A stretch of DNA of 64,000 nucleotides, from NCBI GenBank assembly GCA_030599585.1, contig JAUVNS010000004.1:128001-192000 (forward strand), read 5' to 3'. A program made the translations under genes and the position numbers. Position 1 is the stretch's first letter; each line of letters opens with the position of its first letter. Below are positions 57,618 through 64,000 of this stretch, piece by piece. This DNA comes from Promethearchaeota archaeon. GTDB lineage: Archaea; Asgardarchaeota; Lokiarchaeia; Sigyniarchaeales; SOKP01. Below the pieces are notes generated by a model, which searched no databases, was not told the origin of the DNA, and saw only the letters and a list, made by a program, of their open reading frames with translations.

Positions 57618-60025
57618 CGTTGGATTCGCAAACGACTTTTAATGGGTGGCTTCTCGATGTATCCACGTATAGCGAAGGAGTTATCCTCTGGGTAAAAACC
57701 GCAAAAGAACAGAAAGTAATAAGAATATACCATCAGTTCAATCCCGAATTTTTCGCTGCTACTAAAGATGACGTTGGTAATGACTTAAAGAGAATGCAAT
57801 ATATTCTTACTCAAAATGAGAATGTAAAGAAAGTCCGTATTTGCGAAAAATATGTGAAGCTAGAAGACCACGAAAAAACGAAAGTTCTTGGCGTCGCTGT
57901 TGAAAAACCGTCAGTGTTCAAGAAAACTATTAAAGAAATCGATAAAATAGGGCTATTTACACTGTATAATACAGACCTCCCAATTGCTCAGATGTATTTC
58001 TATGTCAACGACCTTTTCCCTATGTCTTTTTGCCAATTCAAAATCAAAGTTGAAAAGGGTAATAGTAAGAAGACAAACATTTTGCGTCTCGTTTCTATAG
58101 ATTTACAAGACGATAATGAAAAACTTTTTTACGATTTACCCCCACTAAGAGCCGTCTGGTTAGACGTAAAAATTGATTACCAAGGAATTAAACCGTATTA
58201 TAACGATCCTATTTCTTATGCTGAAATCAGTATCGTTCAAAACAAGGACGGAGTTCCTCGTGCAGATGGGTATAAAAAACGGAAAATAGTAATTGACAAG
58301 GGAAGTGAAGCTGAAATCATAGGAACCATCAGTAAAGTGATTGAACGCCTTAATCCCGATATTATCCTTACTTATAATGGAGACGAGTTCCTCTTCCCTT
58401 ACTTGGTTGCCCGAGCTTCAGAGAATCGAATGTCAAATGATCTCTATTTATCCCGAGATAAAAAACCTCTAGCAAAGTGTATCTTCGATCTTTCTGGAGG
58501 TTCAGATCATTACATGTCTTATGGGGTTATCCGGAGGCGTTCTAGCACGCAAGTTTACCTAAGTGGCAGGTTTCACTTAGATACAACTACTTACGCCAGC
58601 CTTCACTTTTCTGAAGGTAATATTCCCGGAGTTATTGAAGTTGCGCGTATATCGAGAATTACGCTCCAGAGGTTAAGTCGTATAACCATCGGTGGAGCGC
58701 TCCAATCAATACAGTATTATTTCGCTTACAAACTTGACCATCTGATTCCTCCATTCAAAAAAAATCCTGAAGGCTTCAACAGCGGAATGGATTTAATAAG
58801 AAGCGATCGTGGTGGCCATATCTTCGAACCAATCATAGGAGTGTTTGACCAAGTAGTAGAACTAGATTTTTCCTCGATGTATCCTTCTTTAATGGCTACC
58901 TTTAACATCTCATCAGAGACTATAAATTGTAAATGTTGCGAAGCCGACGGTACGGGTACAAAAGTACCAGGGTTAGACTTCCATATTTGTTCAAAAAGGG
59001 AAGGCATTATATCCAAATCTATTAGCTTACCACTAAAAAAAAGATTAAAATACAAAGCGTACGTGCGCAAAACTGGAAGCGTTCGCTATAACTTCGTTGA
59101 TATCGCTCTTAAATGGGTGCTTGTAGTAAGTTTTGGATATTTAGGCTTCAAAAATGCTCGATTTGGAAAGATAGAAGCACATCAGACAGTTTGTGCTTTT
59201 GCTCGCGAGTTTCTCATGCGTTCTGCTGAGATTGCTGAAGAACATGGGTGTAAAATCATACATGGAATTGTCGATTCAATATGGTTGAAAGACACAAAAA
59301 ATCGGAGCCCTGAAGAATTCGAAGAAGTAACAAAGGAAGTTGCGAATGAAATAACTAGAAGCGTAGGTATTCCAATGAGTTGGGATGGACGTTATAATGT
59401 AATTGTTTTTCTTCCCTCGAAAGCAGAACCCGATATCCCGGCGCTAAGTCATTATTGGGGTATTAAGAGCGATGGAGAAATAAAAGTACGAGGAATTGAA
59501 GTTAGACGTAGAGATATTCCTAAAATCGTTAAAGACGCTCAATATGCATTTATAGATGTGTTTCAAGGCGCAAAAACCGCCGAAGAATTTAAGCAAAGGA
59601 TACAAAAAGCCAAGAGCGTGCTCTACCGTTATATAGATAAGATAGAGACTGGTAAAGTTTCGCGTGATGAGCTTACAATACGCCAAAGAATCTCAAAAAA
59701 ACCTTCACAATACAAGGTAAATTCTTATCAAGCTGTTGCTGCAAGACAATTAGAAAGATCGGGCGTTGTGGTGACCCCTGGTAAAAATGTTCGCTATATT
59801 ATACTCAATGCCGATGCTGATCCAGAATTCCCCGAAAAAAAAGTTATTCTATCAGATATTTATGATGATAAAAAGCATAAATACGATAGAAGGAAGTATA
59901 CCGAACTCCTTAAAAGAGCTTTTGAGAGCATTTTTCCTTTCGAATTTCCTGAGCTTGAAGAATTAGTAAAGTCAGATCTCATGAGGAAATCTAATCAAAA
60001 GGATTTATATAGCTTTACGGAATAA
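57614..60025 (+). CDS. polB2: Family B DNA polymerase, PolB2 clade
   Basis: Motif A ELDFSSMYPS, motif B KWVLVVSFGY, motif C HGIVDS (versus YGDTDS), KVRGIEVRRRD; degenerate exonuclease motifs; C-terminal PIP box QKDLYSF. Confidence 0.92.
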   Translation: MTLDSQTTFNGWLLDVSTYSEGVILWVKTAKEQKVIRIYHQFNPEFFAATKDDVGNDLKRMQYILTQNENVKKVRICEKYVKLEDHEKTKVLGVAVEKPSVFKKTIKEIDKIGLFTLYNTDLPIAQMYFYVNDLFPMSFCQFKIKVEKGNSKKTNILRLVSIDLQDDNEKLFYDLPPLRAVWLDVKIDYQGIKPYYNDPISYAEISIVQNKDGVPRADGYKKRKIVIDKGSEAEIIGTISKVIERLNPDIILTYNGDEFLFPYLVARASENRMSNDLYLSRDKKPLAKCIFDLSGGSDHYMSYGVIRRRSSTQVYLSGRFHLDTTTYASLHFSEGNIPGVIEVARISRITLQRLSRITIGGALQSIQYYFAYKLDHLIPPFKKNPEGFNSGMDLIRSDRGGHIFEPIIGVFDQVVELDFSSMYPSLMATFNISSETINCKCCEADGTGTKVPGLDFHICSKREGIISKSISLPLKKRLKYKAYVRKTGSVRYNFVDIALKWVLVVSFGYLGFKNARFGKIEAHQTVCAFAREFLMRSAEIAEEHGCKIIHGIVDSIWLKDTKNRSPEEFEEVTKEVANEITRSVGIPMSWDGRYNVIVFLPSKAEPDIPALSHYWGIKSDGEIKVRGIEVRRRDIPKIVKDAQYAFIDVFQGAKTAEEFKQRIQKAKSVLYRYIDKIETGKVSRDELTIRQRISKKPSQYKVNSYQAVAARQLERSGVVVTPGKNVRYIILNADADPEFPEKKVILSDIYDDKKHKYDRRKYTELLKRAFESIFPFEFPELEELVKSDLMRKSNQKDLYSFTE

Positions 60026-60034
60026 AAAAAAAAG

Positions 60035-60658
60035 TTATTTAAAGGGTTGTCTTATAACAGTTTTCATAGTTACTGGATTAGCCTTCCGTGGATCGCTCAG
60101 ATAAATCTCATGGTGTTTTTGATTTTTGCCATCGAATTTACCTCCTTTTTTCTGAATGAAATCATGCACTTTTTGAACAGTTGGTCCTTCTTCCGAATAA
60201 GGCCCTATATGCATAATTTGAGCTGCCTTACCTTCTTTATACTTTTCTAATCTGAGTTTAGGAAGTAATTCTGAAAGTTCAGGTTTCTTCTTTTTGGTTA
60301 TCGATATTGCTTCATTTATCATATCTTGAGTAACCCAACCAGGTTGCATAATCATCATAGTCCATTTCCACCTATCGCGATTTCCTTCAGTAAAATCATT
60401 CATGTTATCAGCCCACCATAATCCTTCTAAGGGAGGAACGACATAATCTTTCCCTTTTGCTTTACTAAGGAATTTAGTTTTAAAAGCAATAGGATATAAA
60501 ACGGCAAGAGCATCTTGATACTCTTTCGAATCGCCTGGTGATCCCATTCCATCAATCATTAAGAACTGTATTTCTGGTACATCTACTAAGACAACTTCTT
60601 TTGGTTTTGGTTGATAAAATTCTTTCATAGTTTTCTTGAAATCTATTTTCACCGGCAT
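60035..60658 (-). CDS. GyrI-like small-molecule-binding protein (cyclopropanoid hydrolase-like subfamily)
   Basis: FLMIDGMGSP, VVPPLEGLWW, WKWTMMIMQP, HIGPYSEE, HHEIYLSDP, TVIRQP. Confidence 0.88.
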   Translation of the reverse strand: MPVKIDFKKTMKEFYQPKPKEVVLVDVPEIQFLMIDGMGSPGDSKEYQDALAVLYPIAFKTKFLSKAKGKDYVVPPLEGLWWADNMNDFTEGNRDRWKWTMMIMQPGWVTQDMINEAISITKKKKPELSELLPKLRLEKYKEGKAAQIMHIGPYSEEGPTVQKVHDFIQKKGGKFDGKNQKHHEIYLSDPRKANPVTMKTVIRQPFK

Positions 60659-60714
60659 GATGTTTTCACTTTCTTATTTAAAATTAAAAAAAAGAAATTA
60701 GTTTTTCGATAAAA

Positions 60715-61269
60715 TCAGATAATAAAAGGCATCATAAAGAAGTCAATAAAGATCGCGACTAAACATATAAATTCCATTATAACCCATAAGTTTCTTTTTA
60801 TGCTCCTTAAACCTTTGAAGGATTTCCCTGAATAACTAATTGTATTGTAGATTATAATCAATATCCATGTAACTACCAAAAAGACGCTAGGGACTAATAG
60901 AGCGTATAATACCTGTCCAATAAAGTCTAATAAGTACACATATGTTAAAATTGAGAAACCGATTATAACTAAAGTAAAACCCATACCAAAAGTATATTCT
61001 GCAAAGCTAACGAATCGATTCACTTTTACTTCATCAAAATCTTCTAATTTTAGCTCAAATGATGCCCTAGAATTTGAAGAAACAGAATTTACAAACAGTA
61101 TGAAAGCTACCATCAACAAAAAAGTAGCTGTAACGATTCCTCTTGTTGGGGGTACCTGCCAAATTAAAGCAAGAATCGTTAAAACTGCTGCAATCATGGT
61201 AGTGCTAAGAATAATCCAATCTCTGACATTCAAAATTTTGTTTTGGCTATTTTCTTCCATCTTACTCAC
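60715..61269 (-). CDS. Hypothetical membrane protein (about 5 TM)
   Basis: Hydrophobic helices; no recognisable family. Confidence 0.75.
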   Translation of the reverse strand: MSKMEENSQNKILNVRDWIILSTTMIAAVLTILALIWQVPPTRGIVTATFLLMVAFILFVNSVSSNSRASFELKLEDFDEVKVNRFVSFAEYTFGMGFTLVIIGFSILTYVYLLDFIGQVLYALLVPSVFLVVTWILIIIYNTISYSGKSFKGLRSIKRNLWVIMEFICLVAIFIDFFMMPFII

Positions 61270-61536
61270 AATAAAAGTTGTTTATGTCTAATTTATTTTT
61301 TGAAATAATTATTATAAAATATCTCATTTTACATCAAAAATTATTAATCAATTATAGGTTTTGTTCAATTAATTAGTTATGATTTAATTAAATTTAGAGA
61401 ATAAATCCTCTTTTTTTCTCACTATCGTCAAAAGCTAAATTATGATTTCACGCTTTCTACTATCATTTTTAGGATTATCTTTTAGAAAACTCACAGCCCG
61501 TATTACTTTATTATTGTTTAATGGTAAAATTAAATT

Positions 61537-61707
61537 ATGTCATCAAAAGTAGTTTCTTATTTCGATTGGGAGATGGGGTTTAAGAGTAACTCAAATGAAA
61601 ACACTTTAAAAATAAACGGTACGAAAAAAACCAACTTGAATGCAATTGGAATGAGTGATGATGACTTTAAACAATATCTAAAGAAATGGAAGAATAGAAA
61701 CTTTTAA
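61537..61707 (+). CDS. 56-aa microprotein, paralog A
   Basis: Not in ORF track. MSSKVVSYFDWEMGFKSNSNENTLKINGTKKTNLNAIGMSDDDFKQYLKKWKNRNF*; homologous to 61867-62043. Confidence 0.8.
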   Translation: MSSKVVSYFDWEMGFKSNSNENTLKINGTKKTNLNAIGMSDDDFKQYLKKWKNRNF

Positions 61708-61866
61708 AAATTCTTTTAAATTAGCGATTTTTGTAATTTTACTTTTAATTTCGACTTTTTTAAGCAAATTCGTTCTATAGGTACGAATTATTCTTAACAA
61801 TCTAAAGGGATTTAAATATATTTTTTTATTTACTTTACAAATAAGTACAATTTTAATCTATATAAA

Positions 61867-62043
61867 ATGTCAAGAGCAAGTTCTTATTTTGATTGGGAAA
61901 AACAATTTAAATCTTCTAATAAATCCACCAATAAATCGAATTTGATGGACTTAAATCATATAATTCCATTAAATTCTATTGGAATATCATATGAAGAATT
62001 TAAAAAATACCTAAACAAATGGAAAGAGAAAAATTTATCCTGA
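61867..62043 (+). CDS. 58-aa microprotein, paralog B
   Basis: Not in ORF track. MSRASSYFDWEKQFKSSNKSTNKSNLMDLNHIIPLNSIGISYEEFKKYLNKWKEKNLS*. Confidence 0.8.
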   Translation: MSRASSYFDWEKQFKSSNKSTNKSNLMDLNHIIPLNSIGISYEEFKKYLNKWKEKNLS

Positions 62044-62050
62044 TATAGTC

Positions 62051-64000
62051 TTAAATAATAATCTCAGTGAAGTATAAAACAAGAACTAATAGTACCCAAG
62101 TAATCGCGAGGATTATTAACAATATTGTAGTATAAAACCTCCATTTTATTGAAATCTTCTGTTTCTTTTCAATTCTGTAAATATATACTGCAAGTATTGC
62201 TCCTAATATAATTATTGAGGACAATATCAAAATTATTCCAAAAATGATTGAGGTTATGTACGGTAATATCAAAGCAAATACGAATACCGTAAAACTTATC
62301 CAAAGCGTGATGAAGCGCTGCATTCTTTGTTTAAATATTTGATCTGCATCATCTGTTTTCTTAACAGGGAGGAAGGAAATTAAAATTCCTGCAGTAGCGC
62401 CACCTAAGAGGGAAGCGTGATCCCATCTTAACAAATCTAAAACAATGTTGGAGAAAAGCACTCCTACTATTATCCCTGCAAACAAGCACAAAATAATTGC
62501 TATCACTTTAAAATGCGTTTTTAAGAAATTGAGCATGGAATAATAAATGCTAAGAATGTAGTTTTTAACCTTAATAAGGGCAAATCGTAAATTATCTATA
62601 ATATTATCTAAGAATCTTTTCAATTCTTCCAACATAAAAATAAACAAGTATAGCATCATCCCTATTAACATCCAAGAGAAACTCCATCCATTTGAAGTTA
62701 GATTAAGAGTAATTAAGCTTAATAGCAAGAACATTATTACGGAATATAAGAAGGAAAGGGATTTGCTGCGTTTAAAAGGTTTGAATAGAACTAAATTTAT
62801 TATCATAAAAATGAACAGAGATATACACAAGTTTAAAACTAGATTCGGAAGCATAATAAATTCTAAGGTAATAAAAATATCTAACGATAGAAGAGTTTCA
62901 ATAAAGATAAAACTGGAAATCTTGAGTATATTCCTTGTTTTATCACTTACAATCTTAATATATTTGTCAACAAAGGTTAAAAATAGTAAGATAATAAACG
63001 ATAATATCGATAAATTAAACGAAATATAATAATCTGGATTAATATAATATAGAGGCCACGTGATTAAATCTAAGTAGACGATTAGAATAAGACCTTTATT
63101 AATTTTTGATATGTTGGAACTGATAAAATCCCATTCTGATATTAACCGAGATAAGTAGGCGATTTGTATTATGAATAGTAGTATAGTAATAGGGATAAGG
63201 TGTGGGAAAAACAATGAAATCCAATCAATGTAGAATAAGATCGAGAAACCAATCATAACGATCCACGAAGTGACGATAAAACCTTTCGAGGTTTTCTTTA
63301 AAAACTTTAACAAAAACTTATCTAACAAACCAATCAAATGTGTTAGAATACTTAAAATGAAGATAGTTATATGAAATTCTATACTAAATGCAGTCAACAA
63401 ATTATAGATGCTGATTATTAGAAAAACGTATAAACCTATTCCTAAGAAGTTCTGTCTATTAGTTTTCCATTTTTCAAATATTTCTAGCTTTTCAGGATTA
63501 AATTTACTCCTAATTTTGAAATACGAGATGTTAGTGTAAAATTGCAATGCTAAAAATAGCAATAATATATAGAAAAGCGAAGTTATTGAAAAACCATATA
63601 AATAAATTAAAATCAGAGAAAGAACCCAAGAGCTATTAAAGAAACTTAAACAGTGGACAATATCCATATACCCTGCTTTTAAACGCTTTATAGCGTAAAT
63701 TTCTAGTATGCTGATTATGAATAGAATAATCTGAGAAAATAGCAGACTTTCGAAAAATCCAAAATATAATCCAAAGAGTCCGAGAAACACGATTGAAGTC
63801 TCTAAGTAAACGACAAATACTAAGCCTGAATAAAATTTCTTTGTCTTTATAACCCATTCCTCACCTTTTATAACACCTTTCGATAGGTGTAATGTGTAAG
63901 CGGTTAGTATAGTTTCAGACAGAATAACTAAAGAAATTCTTAAAAAGTCGAGTGTTGCGAATGTTGTAAAGAAAGCGAGCCAGAAAATACCAAAAAACAT
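62051..64000 (-). CDS. Large polytopic membrane protein, C-terminal part (5' end outside the window)
   Basis: Frame open to the window edge; more than 15 predicted TM helices in 649 aa. Confidence 0.8.
   Translation of the reverse strand: MFFGIFWLAFFTTFATLDFLRISLVILSETILTAYTLHLSKGVIKGEEWVIKTKKFYSGLVFVVYLETSIVFLGLFGLYFGFFESLLFSQIILFIISILEIYAIKRLKAGYMDIVHCLSFFNSSWVLSLILIYLYGFSITSLFYILLLFLALQFYTNISYFKIRSKFNPEKLEIFEKWKTNRQNFLGIGLYVFLIISIYNLLTAFSIEFHITIFILSILTHLIGLLDKFLLKFLKKTSKGFIVTSWIVMIGFSILFYIDWISLFFPHLIPITILLFIIQIAYLSRLISEWDFISSNISKINKGLILIVYLDLITWPLYYINPDYYISFNLSILSFIILLFLTFVDKYIKIVSDKTRNILKISSFIFIETLLSLDIFITLEFIMLPNLVLNLCISLFIFMIINLVLFKPFKRSKSLSFLYSVIMFLLLSLITLNLTSNGWSFSWMLIGMMLYLFIFMLEELKRFLDNIIDNLRFALIKVKNYILSIYYSMLNFLKTHFKVIAIILCLFAGIIVGVLFSNIVLDLLRWDHASLLGGATAGILISFLPVKKTDDADQIFKQRMQRFITLWISFTVFVFALILPYITSIIFGIILILSSIIILGAILAVYIYRIEKKQKISIKWRFYTTILLIILAITWVLLVLVLYFTEIII

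Noticed and set aside
57614-60025. Casposon, pipolin or viral polymerase
   Set aside because: No cas1, integrase, terminal repeats or TPR1/TPR2 insertions; motifs and neighbours match cellular PolB2
1-64000. tRNA, rRNA, selenoprotein (UGA readthrough) or SECIS elements
   Set aside because: No GC-rich structured intergenic segments seen, and TGA-ending ORFs stop at natural domain ends; a covariance-model search would be needed to exclude small RNAs

Overview
AT-rich archaeal chromosomal segment, most consistent with an Asgard archaeon (Lokiarchaeia/Promethearchaeia). Supporting signs: a Rab-like small GTPase, TFB, proteasome alpha subunit, archaeal RFC operon, PolB2, tandem long-chain acyl-CoA ligases, GGTGA-type RBSs and oligo-T terminators. 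I saw no rRNA, tRNA, CRISPR array, transposase or integrase. Housekeeping content: pyk, grpE-dnaK-dnaJ-tfb, pepT, rfcS1-rfcS2-rfcL, psmA, cobB, an AOR-family enzyme and a beta-CASP nuclease. Main points of interest: (1) a branched-chain polyamine synthase (BpsA) fused to a C-terminal pyruvoyl SAM decarboxylase; (2) a PadR-led operon ending in a UvrA that lacks the UvrB-binding domain, a possible genotoxin-resistance cassette; (3) an inactive RadA-small protein-PolB2 mutasome-like operon converging on a GyrI-like gene; (4) two recombination scars, one retaining two diverged alleles of the same convergent gene junction (UPF0182/psmA); (5) a 1616-aa protein of about 14 three-helix modules; (6) five microproteins missed by the ORF track, including a tandem paralog pair; (7) tandem-repeat-derived disordered tails on neighbouring proteasome alpha and Rab-like genes. 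All calls come from motif recognition by eye; no database searches were run.
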